From positions 4,926-68,925 of the forward strand of contig JAQGDQ010001032.1 in assembly GCA_030141605.1 (NCBI GenBank): a DNA stretch of 64,000 nt, in the 5' to 3' direction. Origin of the DNA: Tubiluchus corallicola (Eukaryota; Animalia; Priapulida). The notes beneath the pieces were generated by a model that did not search any database, was not told the DNA's origin, and saw only the letters and a list, made by a program, of their open reading frames with translations. A program made the position numbers and the translations under genes. Positions 52,701-64,000 of this stretch are shown in pieces. Every line of letters begins with the position of its first letter. Within the stretch, counting starts at the first letter, position 1.

Positions 52701-55700
52701 AGACTATTTACAGTTCTGCCAAATTGTAATAGCATTTAGTGTACAGAAATCTTTTGCTTCAATTTTAAGATTTTTTCAAGTTTAAATTAATACTGATGAT
52801 GATTTTACATGATTACAGGTGCGGACAAGAGGTTTACCTGATGATCATGTAGGTCCAGTCAGAGTAGTAACTATTGAAGGAATAGAAAGTAATATGTGTT
52901 GTGGGACGCATCTATCTAATCTCTGTCATATGCAGGTAAATGGTTTAGGTAATTATAATTTTATTTTCTGCTTTTTTACTATAGATTGGAGTTTTTCTGA
53001 TGAGTTAACGAACGGACAGTACTTAAATGAACTAGCAAATCCTACCCTTTGTATATATTTGTATATTATTTGTATATCATTGTATATACAAGTAAGCAAT
53101 ATGGTACATTGTAATACAAGTAAGCGGTGCATTGACAGCTAATCACATAATTCATATTCGTAACTATTTAAAAAAAATTTTTTTCGCTTTAAGGCTCACT
53201 CAAGGTCGTAATTACATATTATGTTTTCCTTTCTCAACTTTCAGGTTTATTGCTCTTATACCATTGCTATTATTACATCATTTACTTCTTCCTTACTTAC
53301 ATTAAGTTATCTACAGAAGCATGCATAATTATAATCAGTTTTTCATTTAAGTAAGGTGAGTGTGTTAATGACCGTATGGTCGTACACTCACCTCGCACTA
53401 CTCAAATTATTACATCATTTACTTCATCCTTATTTACATTAAGTTATCTACAGAAGCATGCATAATTATAATCAGTTTTTCATTTAAGTAAGGTGAGTGT
53501 GTTAATGACCGTATGGTCGTACACTCACCTCGCACTACTCAAATTATTACATCATTTACTTCATCCTTATTTACATTAAGTTATCTACAGAAGCATGCAT
53601 AATTATAATCACTTTTTCATTTAAGTAAAGTGAGTGTGTTAATGACCGTATGGTCATACACTCACCTCGCACTACCCAAATTATTTCATTTAAAGTTTAT
53701 CAATGTGTTTGATATTGTATTTTTTGATGTGCGAAATAAAATTCATAGTTCATAGTACCTTCTAAGCAGCGTGTCATTTTAAACTTTCAGCAGGTTATAA
53801 AACCGCGCCAACAAACATATTGCACCCATATCTCGGTTTGTCGGACCTTGCATATGGTTTTACGGATATCGGACAAAATCTGGACCGTTAAAAGTCTGGC
53901 ATATTACAGACACAGTCCATTGTTTCGCGAGCTGACCGCTAGTTGGCAGGCCGTCACTTTGTTTACTTCAGTGCAACCAAGCATGGTTTAACGTCACATG
54001 TGTAGCTTGTATGTCAGGAGTGACCCGCACTAGACGTTTTTGAGACAATTAGGAGATTGATTCTGCATTACCGTGAGTCTAATACACGGCGCCTTCTGTA
54101 TTAGCTTAGTATCGATAAATACGGACAATTGGCAAATTTGGACCGACCTCTCCCCGCTTTTGTCCGGCAAACAGAGATATGAGTCCGTTTTGTTAACGAA
54201 GCATCTTTTTCATTAGTTTTTACAGTACTCCAGAGTAGGGGCGAGCATAATGTTATCAAAAAACTAATTCGAATCGAATCCATTGATTTGATTTTTCAAT
54301 TTGAATTTGGATAATAGCCATATCAGTATGTTCTGTTAGAGTTCCAGTATGGGTAATAGCCATATCAGTATGTTCTGTTAGAGTTCCAGTATGGGTAATA
54401 GCCATATCAGTATGTTCTGTTAGAGTTCCAGTATGGGTAATAGCCATATCAGTATGTTCTGTTAGAGTTCCAGTATGGGTAATAGCCATATCAGTATGTT
54501 CTGTTAGAGTTCCAGTATGGGTGTTTATCTTGCAGCTCGAGCAAAGGCCCCGCAAAAAATTTTGCTTATAAATACACGTATAATCAAAAATACGCAAACA
54601 TCCTACCTAGTCCTCATTTATAACCCAAAGCCAGTAGCAGCAGCTTTTACTGAATTAAAGCTATAAGTTTATAGACAGAGTACAATGGATGATGTCAGAA
54701 CAATGGCTTTGTGTCAGCAGTTTTCCAAGCGAAAATTGCAAAAAATAGAACATCTAATTAACTCGTCGTCACTTCTCTTGGTGGACCTGTCTTAACATAT
54801 AGCCCACATCATTGTGTAGCCCTGTTCTTCCTCTTTCTAAAGAGCTATATATCTCCTTCCGAAAGTCCCACCAGGCGCCTGTAGAACGCTTTTTCCGCAT
54901 GCTGTTTGGTCAAAATTTCGAAAAAATCGTGAGTTATGCTGTCAAATCGGCAGATTTGTTTTGACATATCTTCATTGCTAAAATTGTGTAATCATTGCTA
55001 TGATAGTTATTCATGCGTGTGATTTTTAGAAGTAGAACTTTTAGTTGTAAAATAGAGCTTACTTTTGTAAACCCAAAATGGAAGTGCAGCAGACTTAGCT
55101 TTTTTGTTAATGTTGCTTACAAATTCGTGCACGAGGCGCCGTCTGTGGCGGGAATGTTTTTCACCTGCTAGTCACCTGTCTGTGTTACTCACCTGTGCTC
55201 TGAACAGTCAGGTTAATCCACTTTATGGGATATGTGAGACATTTATGTACTAATTATGTTACAATTAAGCATTCAGTGGTATTAACCTCTGTTGACAGTA
55301 TTTCTGTGACTACAGGAAGATTCATTTTTCTTGTAGCTTATCAAGCTGCTAGGAATGGAAAAAGGCAAGAAAGGCAAAATGTCGCTGCTCTTTGTTGCTG
55401 GAAATCGAGTTCGAAATTACCTGTCAAAATGTCTAAGAAATGAACAGGGTTTAACTGCGGTGTTGAAGTATATTTCACTCTCCTTTATTTATCATTTTCT
55501 TTACTTTATTAATACAACTTTGTTACTTTATTTTACTTTACTTTATTTACTTTAATAATATTTAATTTATTAATATATATATATATTTTATTTCATCAGA
55601 TATAATAGAAACATGTACTATCCACAATGTTATATATTAATGTTTGGGTTTTTTATTACACTGTATTTAAGGGATGATTTTATCCAGTCTGGAGGTGTCC

Positions 55701-56982
55701 CTTAGTGTTTCCACGGTCAGGGAAAATCCTGGAAAATCTTTGAAAATACGGACTATCCTGGAAAGTCATGGAAAAGTCAGGGGAAAAGATAGTTTGGTAA
55801 AAAGTCAAGGAAAATGATGAAAATGGGGCAAAAAGTCAGGGAAATTGGAAAGGGTTGCAAAGATTAATCACCTTGAACTTGATATTTTTCCAAACTTATT
55901 TTGCAGTGATTCGCGTTCAAATAAAATTTTGTTATGGCAGGTTCTCAGTTTTGATTTCTGTTCCAAAAATAATTATTGGCTGACACATTATATATCAGTA
56001 TATGTATGAATGTCCATACACAAAAATGTATGAATATGTCTATACTGGTAATGCAATTTCTGCTTACCCTGGTCATGGAAAATCAATATTTGGTCAAGGA
56101 AAGTCATGGAAAAGTCAGGGAGGTTTATTTTAAAATTCTGTGGAAACCCTGCCCTTGTATCCGAGGTTAACTGTACATTTTGCAGTAAAGTTAAGCGATA
56201 ATACAATGCTGTACACGTTGGTTCCATTTTAAATGAAGATGTAGACCTTATTTAATAAATCTCAAAACTTCCTTGACGTATTTCTTTAGATTTCCAATTG
56301 AAGCCATTTTTTGTTTAGAGGCGGATCAGATCAGCATGTAGATCTGGCAGGTAAATTGGAAAAATCGTGCCGTCTTACCCAGAAGCAGTGCCTCCTGTTG
56401 TTGCGAGATCTAGCGCTTCTTGAAGCAGACAGATTCAACTTATCTGCAAATAAGACCCGCCTATTTTCCTTGCATAGGTATGTAGATCTTTGTTTTTGTT
56501 TGTTTTTACTCACTCCGCTTCTCCTTTTTAACGAGTTGATAAGTGTATGAAATTTCACCAATTTTTTTGTCTTGTTTTAGGAAAGAAGGTGACATGGAAT
56601 TTATGAACATTCTTGCTAACGAGATTCTTTCAAAAAATGAGGTATATTCTTTAACAACTCATGGTCAGCTTTGAGAACTAATACTCATAGTTTATTTTAC
56701 CGGGTGGCGTAGCTCAACGGTAGCATGCTTGCTTACCACCCGGGAGATCATGGGTTTAACTCTCGACAGAGTCGTACCAAAGACTCAAAAAATGGTGCCG
56801 CCGGTTCTTCGACCAAGCACGCGGGTTTATTCAAGTAACTTGCGGGTAATAATAATCGGGGTCGCATTGGAAATAAGTATTGAGTTACTTATGGTGTTAT
56901 CCTTGGACTATGTCCTGATCGAAATTATTATTATTGTTATTATTGTTATTATTATTATTATTATTGTTATTATTATTATTAT

Positions 56983-57041
<59 letters not shown>

Positions 57042-58005
57042 TTATTATTACCATCATAAATGATTGATGATACCAACTTCAAGTAAAGGTAACTTTAGCT
57101 TTTATTCGCTTCATTCAAGCCATCCTGCACTCTAAGCATAGGAGCAAATTTTTTATGATATAATACAAGGTTAGTTTCTAAGGCTTAAAACTGGACAGAT
57201 GGTCCTTCAAAGAGTTTGTTGGACTAATAATGGTGACAACGATAACTTAGGCAATCTTCCTTTTGCATCTTGATATGAAGCGTTTTTTAAAATTGGCAGT
57301 GCATTATGTCAAAAAATCATACATCTTAAATGAATATGCTCTGGCGGGAAATCTTTCCTCTTCTTTGCACCTAAGGCATTTCTTGTTTCAGGAAACAGTT
57401 GTGTTCTTAACAGTTGGCGAAGAGAAGGGAGCTGGTAGTTTCTTACTAGGAGGACCAGAAAATATCGTTCAAGGATTAAAGGATAAGTACGTACAATGGC
57501 TAGTTTTCCACTTATGTGCTCATTATTTATTAAAGAATTCGAGACCTAATAAAATGTTGTATATTTTGTATGCTTTAATGTTTGACGTCTTGGACGGGTT
57601 AAGGTGTTGTAAATTACTAATTCGTGTGGTGATAGTGATTTTAATTGTTCTGTTTCATTTAGAGGTCGCTCTGAGAAATTGAGCCTAGTGTTGGTCAATA
57701 AACCATTTTTATTTCACTAGTCTCGCCAATGTAATTAAAGGTAATCAGTGTTAACAAAGTTGAATTTTGTGGAAATCCTAAGGCTCTGAAAATTTGTTAG
57801 AAAGAACGTTTTTTCTTGCTTTCCGAAATAAGTCACTTTTCATTTCTGTTTTGGTTGTTTGAAAATTTTCAGGGTGTGTGACGTTCTGGATGGCAAAGGA
57901 GCGTTGAATCATGGGAAATTTCGAGGAAAGGCCAACAGGTTGAATCGCCGAGGTGAAGTCGAGCAATTAGTCAATGAGTGGGCTCAAATCAGTGTAGAGA
58001 AATGA
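40877..58005 (+). CDS. AARSD1: Alanyl-tRNA editing protein (AlaXp)
   Basis: Twelve in-phase exons: 40877-40915, 41965-42084 (DTILFPEGGGQ), 45052-45069 (PDDRGT), 47238-47379 (RRFDHMQQHT), 48616-48673 (GQHLITA), 50944-51103, 52819-52935 (NMCCGTH), 55337-55467, 56319-56477, 56581-56641, 57392-57486, 57873-58005 (stop TGA). HxxxH and CxxxH zinc motifs are intact. Confidence 0.95.
42290..42801 (+). mobile_element. CR1/L2-like LINE 3' end with (ATTG)n tail; further copies at 14315-14737 (-) and 38690-38875 (+)
   Basis: Degenerate W-N-K..F-K-K-Y-L-K end of ORF, 3' UTR, AATAAA, attg repeats. Confidence 0.65.
42972..43091 (+). rRNA. 5S rRNA-derived sequence (SINE head; probably not a functional 5S gene)
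   Basis: gactacggcc...gaagttaagcaacg (box A)...ttagtacttggatgggtgaccgcctaggaataccaggtgctgtaggctt. No oligo-T terminator follows. Confidence 0.7.
42972..43535 (+). mobile_element. 5S rRNA-headed SINE (SINE3-type) with RTE-derived body and tail
   Basis: 120-nt 5S head, about 440-nt body whose 3' part translates SRIALLSHSRRCSS (RTE ORF C-terminal motif), (AAC)n-like tail. TSD atagcactctctgt (42958-42971) / atagcactgtctgt (43536-43549). Confidence 0.85.
43864..44938. repeat. Tandem array, 54-bp unit, about 20 copies
   Basis: Unit aactacttacgtttcaccgctcagcgtattaactttacgtttttgcttctttga. Confidence 0.95.
47430..47915 (+). mobile_element. MITE family A (TA-flanked, Tc1/pogo-like)
   Basis: TIRs cagtctcatctcggtttgc / gcaaaccgagatacgagtg, TA on both sides. 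Confidence 0.8.
48087..48363 (-). mobile_element. tRNA-derived SINE, same family
   Basis: Reverse complement of 30670-30927. Confidence 0.8.
48831..49307 (-). mobile_element. MITE family A, inverted copy
   Basis: Close reverse complement of 47430-47915, TA-flanked. Confidence 0.8.
49922..50496. mobile_element. Foldback-like element with about 120-bp inverted arms
   Basis: tcgaactgccaaaagttgaacttgtgccaaaataactc... mirrored at about 50375-50496. Confidence 0.75.
51878..52055 (-). mobile_element. Truncated copy of the same LTR
   Basis: ttgtgttttgtttctctcggaag..tcgtagagaaaaccagaaa is homologous to the two solo LTRs. Confidence 0.7.
53269..53690. repeat. Tandem triplication, 137-bp unit
   Basis: Period 53269 to 53406; each unit contains an aggtgagtgt..acactcacct hairpin. 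Confidence 0.9.
53823..54185 (-). mobile_element. MITE family A, shorter variant
   Basis: Both TIRs present; internally deleted relative to 48831-49307. Confidence 0.7.
54309..54522. repeat. Tandem array, 42-bp unit, 5 copies
   Basis: Unit ggtaatagccatatcagtatgttctgttagagttccagtatg. Confidence 0.92.
55703..56151. mobile_element. hAT-like MITE
   Basis: Ends ..gtttccac / gtggaaaccctg; internal aaagtcagggaa and aaagtcatggaa repeats. Confidence 0.6.
56700..56965 (+). mobile_element. tRNA-derived SINE, different head with a related core
   Basis: ggcgtagctcaacggtagc head, gagtcgtaccaaagactcaaaaaatggtgcc core, (TTA)n/(CTA)n tail. Confidence 0.65.
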
Positions 58006-58103
58006 TTGATAAAATAATAATTTATGTGATCTGAAAAGTTGTTTGCTTTTCTTGCTTTCTGCTAATGACATACTAATCAAATGGAATCAAGTGCAGAAAA
58101 GAA

Positions 58104-58696
58104 GTTTTGTTATGATTGACATGTAATGTGCCATGTTTTGTTATGATTGACATGTAATGTGCCATGTTTTGTTATGATTGACATGTAATGTGCCATGTCT
58201 TGTTATGATTGACATGTAATGTGCCATGTCTTGTTATGATTGACATGTAATGTGCCATGTTTTGTTATGATTGACATGTAATGTGCCATGTCTTGTTATG
58301 ATTGACATGTAATGTGCCATGTCTTGTTATGATTGACATGTAATGTGCCATGTTTTGTTATGATTGACATGTAATGTGCCATGTTTTGTTATGATTGACA
58401 TGTAATGTGCCATGTCTTGTTATGATTGACATGTAATGTGCCATGTCTTGTTATGATTGACATGTAATGTGCCATGTTTTGTTATGATTGACTTGTAATG
58501 TGCCATGTTTTGTTATGATTGACATGTAATGTGCCATGTTTTGTTATGATTGACATGTAATGTGCCATGTTTTGTTATGATTGACATGTAATGTGCCATG
58601 TCTCCCTAATGCATCGTACCATGATTGACATGTAATGTGCCATGTTTTGTTATGATTGACATGTAATGTGCCATGTCTCCCTAATGCATCGTACCA
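58104..58696. repeat. Tandem array, 31-bp unit, just downstream of the AARSD1 stop
   Basis: Unit gttttgttatgattgacatgtaatgtgccat. Confidence 0.95.
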
Positions 58697-60076
58697 CATT
58701 AAACAGATTGCTCCTCATTAGAATTTTGATTCAAGATTATGATTCTACTGACAGCGCCAGACGCAGTATTAAACTATCGTACACATTTTTACATATCGTG
58801 ACCTGATTAACTTCCATTAATCTTAATCCATAGATCTACGAGCAATGGTGGATAGCAATAACACATTAAATCACTTATATAATAATCATAGTGCTAACAT
58901 TTTAATTCAAATGTACTTTTATTTACAAATATATATATATAATATATTTACTTTTGTTAACAAAACACGATAAAAATCCTTTCATCACAACAGGTTGGTA
59001 AAACTCAGTCAAGGAATCCCGTACAAAGGTTACGACAAATACGCTCTTTAATTGAGAGTGTTCATACAAAAGAATCTTCCTGGTACAAAGATAAAAAACT
59101 TGTCTTGGTAGTTTTTCTGAACATTAAGGATTCACAACTTTAATCATTGTTCTAGGTTATGCAGACAGAACTAAACAATACTGTACAAGCTGTCAAAATT
59201 TCAAAACAAATTACAGTTGAACCTTGTTATAACGCACCCTTTTATGCTAATGCTAACGTCGTTTAATGCCAAATTTTTTCGCAAAACAAAATGTCTATTT
59301 TGCACAGACGTACGCATTAAAACACTTTGTTATAACGCCAAATTCCGCTTAATGCAACTTTTTTGCAGTTCCGTAGGAGCCGGTATAAAGAATTTTCACA
59401 GTACAGTAGTTATAAACAAATCTATAATGGTGTATCAGTAAAACTCTGCTAAATGGTACGTATCCATAGCAATAGTCGGGCATAAACGTTGAATTCTATC
59501 TATTTCCAGATCAAAAGAGCAATGCCAGAACAAAAGGTATTACAGTATTTCTCAATAACTTCAGTAAAAGATTTAGGAAATGGAAATGCAAACAATTACT
59601 GGGTACAAAGCCGACTCAAAATTTGACTGCAAACTTCAAGAAAATAAATTTTATATGTTTAAAGAAGGTTTAAAAACATATAAACAAATACGGGCAAGCA
59701 ACAGAACCTATAAGTGACACTGCGAAATAGATTTTAGAGATTTAAAGAATCAAAGACAATTGCAAGCTTGGCTTTCAGTAAAATATGAACATGAAAAAGC
59801 ACCAGCTGAAGAAATGGATCATTAGAAAACTCTAAATCTGCTGTAGCAACTGTCATAACTTTTAAATAATCTCATTTCTAAAGTTCTCTAGTACAACGTA
59901 TAAAGTATAAAATTTTATTTTTGTAATTTGGCAAACAGCATAATGAAATGAGAATGTAAATTATTTCTTAGGTTTTTTAATTAAATTGTGAAGGGCCCAA
60001 TTAATGACAACTGAAAGTGTTAAAGTTTCTATTGTCACTCCAAGAACAAAACTAAAAAGCCTAGTATTGCAAAGTG

Positions 60077-60964
60077 TCAATGTCGAAATGTAAAATGAAA
60101 CTGTCCACCTCCAAACGGATTAAAGTGGAAAGGATTACCCCATTGTGACTGTTGCTGTTCCTCAGCATCCAGAGGATCTTCTCCGTTGTCGAACTTCTGG
60201 CGCTTCTCCGGGTCTGTTAAAACTTCTTTTGCCGCAGCTATGTCGATGAACTTCTCTTGCGCTTCCTTTTTCTCTTTTTCATCGCTAAACTTATCCGGAT
60301 GCCATTTGACGGCAAGCTTCCGATAAGCCTTTTCAATTTCACGTTTGCGCGCAGTTCTTTTCACACCCAGTATCTTGTAATAATCGCGCTTTTTCGACTG
60401 TTTTAACGATTTCTGAGCACGCTTTAATCCGTCGCTCGCACGGCGATTATTATCGTCGATTTTGTTCGCCTCCTGAAAGTCGTCTATTGCCTTTTCGTAT
60501 TGCTGATCTAGCAAATGAGCATCGGCTCTATCACAAAGCACGTCTACATTGTTTGGTTCATATTTTAACACTATTGAACAAGCTTTTATTGCATCGGCAA
60601 CGTGATGACCCTGACTGTTGCACTTACACATGAACGTGTTAGCTTTAATTATGAAAGCTTGCTGATTGGGTTCGGTTTTTAACACTTGCTGAGCTTTATT
60701 AACACAATCGTCCCATTTTTCTTCATTGATAAACCTTTCAATCGACTCTATCTGTTTAGCCAGCTTTTTCACTTTCTTGTACAAGTCAAAGCACTGTTTG
60801 TGATCCGGATCTAGTTTAAGGCACTCGCGAATCTCGTTCAAGCTGTCCTCGGCGTGTCCAATTGCATAGTAGAGTTCACTGATTCTTAAATGCGCTGCAT
60901 AGTTATCGGTTCGTAATTTTGTCGTCGGTCTTAAGTCATTTATGGCACGTTGGTAATCATTAAC
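60077..60964 (-). CDS. DNAJC3: DnaJ homolog subfamily C member 3 (P58IPK), terminal exon; upstream exons lie right of the window
   Basis: Acceptor tttcag at 60965-60970. 295 codons plus stop, with TPR repeats ([12 protein letters not shown]) followed by a J domain ([33 protein letters not shown]) and a C-terminal FHFTF-type tail. Confidence 0.95.
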   Translation of the reverse strand, partial: VNDYQRAINDLRPTTKLRTDNYAAHLRISELYYAIGHAEDSLNEIRECLKLDPDHKQCFDLYKKVKKLAKQIESIERFINEEKWDDCVNKAQQVLKTEPNQQAFIIKANTFMCKCNSQGHHVADAIKACSIVLKYEPNNVDVLCDRADAHLLDQQYEKAIDDFQEANKIDDNNRRASDGLKRAQKSLKQSKKRDYYKILGVKRTARKREIEKAYRKLAVKWHPDKFSDEKEKKEAQEKFIDIAAAKEVLTDPEKRQKFDNGEDPLDAEEQQQSQWGNPFHFNPFGGGQFHFTFRH

Positions 60965-61176
60965 CTGAAAAGATTAAGGTTATTAATTAAAATAGTTCGA
61001 AGTTTAATATTACACGTCTTCAGTTAAACAAATAAGCAAAATTAAAGTGTAATACATGTAGGTGCTAGCAAGAATGCTATGTATAGACGAAGTAAAGTTC
61101 GCATGCATGTATAAAAAAATCTGATGTCTCTCCGTTCAAAATAGCATTATGCCCATGTTACTGGGTAAGCAAAACT

Positions 61177-61496
61177 AAGCATGGACAAACTTATACAAGC
61201 ACGGACAAACTTATACAAGCACGGACAAACTTATACAAGCACGGACAAACTTATACAAGTACGGACAAACTTATACAAGCATGGACAAACTTATACACGC
61301 ACGGACAAACTTATACAAGCACGGACAAACTTATACAAGCACGGACAAACTTATACAAGCATGGACAAACTTATACACGCACGGACAAACTTATACAAGC
61401 ACGGACAAACTTATACAAGCACGGACAAACTTATACACGCACGGACAAACTTATACACGCACGGACAAACTTATACACGCACGGACAAAGTTACAC
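61177..61496. repeat. Tandem array, 20-bp unit
   Basis: Unit aagcacggacaaacttatac. Confidence 0.95.
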
Positions 61497-61523
61497 AACT
61501 GTCCACAGAACTTTTTCAGTACA

Positions 61524-61631
61524 GGACCCAGTTTCACAAAGCCGTCACTAATTTAACGACGTCATTATTAATGGTTAAGTGAATGTAATAAGGATGTCGT
61601 TAACTTAGTGACGACTTTGTGAAACTGGCCC
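61524..61631. mobile_element. Short palindromic MITE (PIF/Harbinger-like GGGCC ends)
   Basis: About 36-bp arms ccagtttcacaaagccgtcactaatttaacgac / gtcgttaacttagtgacgactttgtgaaactgg. Confidence 0.65.
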
Positions 61632-64000
61632 ACGGTCAGATAAAGAACTGCCCGCAAAGAAGACTAGGAGAAACCAGTACTGTCAGTGCTTAGAGAAGAA
61701 AAACTCTCATGACTTTGTGAAACTGGCCCTGGTTCATGGTCAGATAAAGAACTGCTCACAACGAAGACTAGGAGAAACCAGTACTGTCAGGGCTTAATGA
61801 AGAAAACGTCTCATGACTTAGTGACGACTTTGTGAAACTGGCCCTGGTTCATGGTCAGATAAAGAACTGCCCGCAACGAAGACTAGGAGAAACCAGTACT
61901 GTCAGTGCTTAATGAAGAAAACGTCTCATGACTTAGTGACGACTTTGTGAAACTGGCCCTGGTTCATGGTCAGATAAAGAACTGCTCACAACGAAGACTA
62001 GGAGAAACCAGTACTGTCAGGGCTTAATGAAGAAAACGTCTCATGACTTAGTGACGACTTTGTGAAACTGGCCCTGGTTCATGGTCAGATAAAGAACTGC
62101 TCACACCGAAGACTAGGAGAAACCAGTACTGTCAGAGCTTAATGAAGAAAATGTCTCATGACTTAGTGACGACTTTGTGAAACTGGCTCTGGTTCATGGT
62201 CAGATAAAGAACTGCCCGCAACGAAGACTAGGAGAAACCAGTACTGTCAAGGCTTAATGAAGAAAATGTCTCATGACTTAGTGATGACTTTGTGAAACTG
62301 ACCCTGGTTCATGGTCAGATAAAGAACTGCCCGCAACGAAGACTAGGAGAAACCAGTACTGTCAGGGCTTAATGAAGAAAACGTCTCATGACTTAGTGAC
62401 GACTTTGTGAAACTGGCCCTGGTTCGTGGTCAGATAAAGAACTGCCCGCAACGAAGACTAGGAGAAACCAGTACTGTCAGGGCTTAATGAAGAAAACGTC
62501 TCATGACTTAGTGACGACTTTGTGAAACTGGCCCTGGTTCATGGTCAGATAAAGACTTGCTCACACCGAAGACTAGGAGAAACCAGTACTGTCAGGGCTT
62601 AATGAAGAAAACGTCTGGTGACTTAGTGATGACTTTGTGAAACTGACCCTGGTTCATGGTCAGATAAAGAACTGCCCGCAACGAAGACTAGGAGAAACCA
62701 GTACTGTCAAGGCTTAATGAAGAAAACGTCTCATGACTTAGTGACGACTTTGTGAAACTGGCCCTGGTTCATGGTCAGATAAAGAACTGCCCGCAAAGAA
62801 GACTAGGAGAAACCAGTACTGTCAGGGCTTAATGAAGAAAACGTCTCATGACTTAGTGACGACTTTGTGAAACTGGCCCTGGTTCATGGTCAGATAAAGA
62901 ACTGCTCACAACGAAGACTAGGAGAAACCAGTACTGTCAGGGCTTAATGAAGAAAACGTCTCATGACTTAGTGACGACTTTGTGAAACTGGCCCTGGTTC
63001 ATGGTCAGATAAAGAACTGCTCACACCGAAGACTAGGAGAAACCAGTACTGTCAGGGCTTAGAGAAGAAAAAGTTTCATGAGTTAGTGACGACTTTGTGA
63101 AACTGGCCCTGGTTCATGGTCAGATAAAGAACTGCTCACACCGAAGACTAGGAGAAACCAGTACTGTCAGGGCTTAATGAAGAAAAAGTTTCATGACTTA
63201 GTGACGACTTTGTGAAACTGGCCCTGGTTCATGGTCAGATAAAGAACTGCTCACACCGAAGACTAGGAGAAACCAGTACTGTCAGGGCTTAATGAAGAAA
63301 AAGTTTCATGACTTAGTGACGACTTTGTGAAACTGGCCCTGGTTCATGGTCAGATAAAGAACTGCTCACACCGAAGACTAGGAGAAACCAGTACTGTCAG
63401 GGCTTAGAGAAGAAAAAGTTTCATGAGTTAGTGACGACTTTGTGAAACTGGCCCTGGTTCATGGTCAGATAAAGAACTGCTCACACCGAAGACTAGGAGA
63501 AACCAGTACTGTCAGGGCTTAGAGAAGAAAAAGTTTCATGAGTTAGTGACGACTTTGTGAAACTGGCCCTGGTTCATGGTCAGATAAAGAACTGCTCACA
63601 CCGAAGACTAGGAGAAACCAGTACTGTCAGGGCTTAGAGAAGAAAAAGTTTCATGAGTTAGTGACGACTTTGTGAAACTGGCCCTGGTTCGTGGTCAGAT
63701 AAAGAACTGCCCGCAATGAAGACTAGGAGAAACCAGTACTGTCAGGGCTTAATGAAGAAAACGTCTCATGACTTAGTGACGACTTTGTGAAACTGGCCCT
63801 GGTTCATGGTCAGATAAAGAACTGCTCACAACGAAGACTAGGAGAAACCAGTACTGTCAGGGCTTAATGAAGAAAACGTCTCATGACTTAGTGACGACTT
63901 TGTGAAACTGGCCCTGGTTCACGGTCAGATAAAGAACTGCCCGCAACGAAGACTAGGAGAAACCAGTACTGTCAGGGTTTAATGAAAAAAGTCTCATGAC
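61605..64000. repeat. Satellite, 115-bp unit, at least 20 copies, in a DNAJC3 intron; runs off the right edge
   Basis: Periods 61811, 61926, 62041. Confidence 0.95.

Noticed and set aside
55468-56318. U12-type intron in AARSD1 (ttccttgac at 56269-56277 matches the U12 branch consensus)
   Set aside because: The donor is gtatattt rather than gtatcctt, and the AG near that branch site is out of frame. At most a relic.

Overview
AT-rich, intron-rich eukaryotic (invertebrate animal) genomic DNA; no prokaryotic operons or CRISPR arrays. I assembled spliced genes by hand from GT-AG exons. (1) An M17-family cytosol aminopeptidase of the W07G4.4-like type, minus strand, 6 exons in 1418-13236, continuing off the left edge. 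(2) An intronless class A GPCR, 22718-23716. (3) FAHD2A, 27241 to about 35915. (4) AARSD1/AlaXp, 40877-58005, 12 exons including an 18-nt microexon. (5) The 888-nt terminal exon of DNAJC3/P58IPK, minus strand. The rest is transposon-rich: an open Merlin/IS1595-like transposase ORF, two solo LTRs with 5-bp TSDs, hAT, Tc1/pogo and Harbinger-like MITEs, RTE and CR1/L2 fragments, tRNA-derived SINEs and about 14 distinct tandem arrays. The most notable signal is a SINE with a full-length 5S rRNA head and a bipartite RTE-derived body, plus a chimeric daughter copy: an extra 5S head, about 600 bp of flank matching AARSD1 intron 2, and the SINE, inside one imperfect TSD. Also notable are a minisatellite that reiterates a real splice acceptor about 17 times, inverted repeats bracketing exons, and arrays that repeatedly start at transposon ends. 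Family assignments are from motif recognition only; no searches were run.
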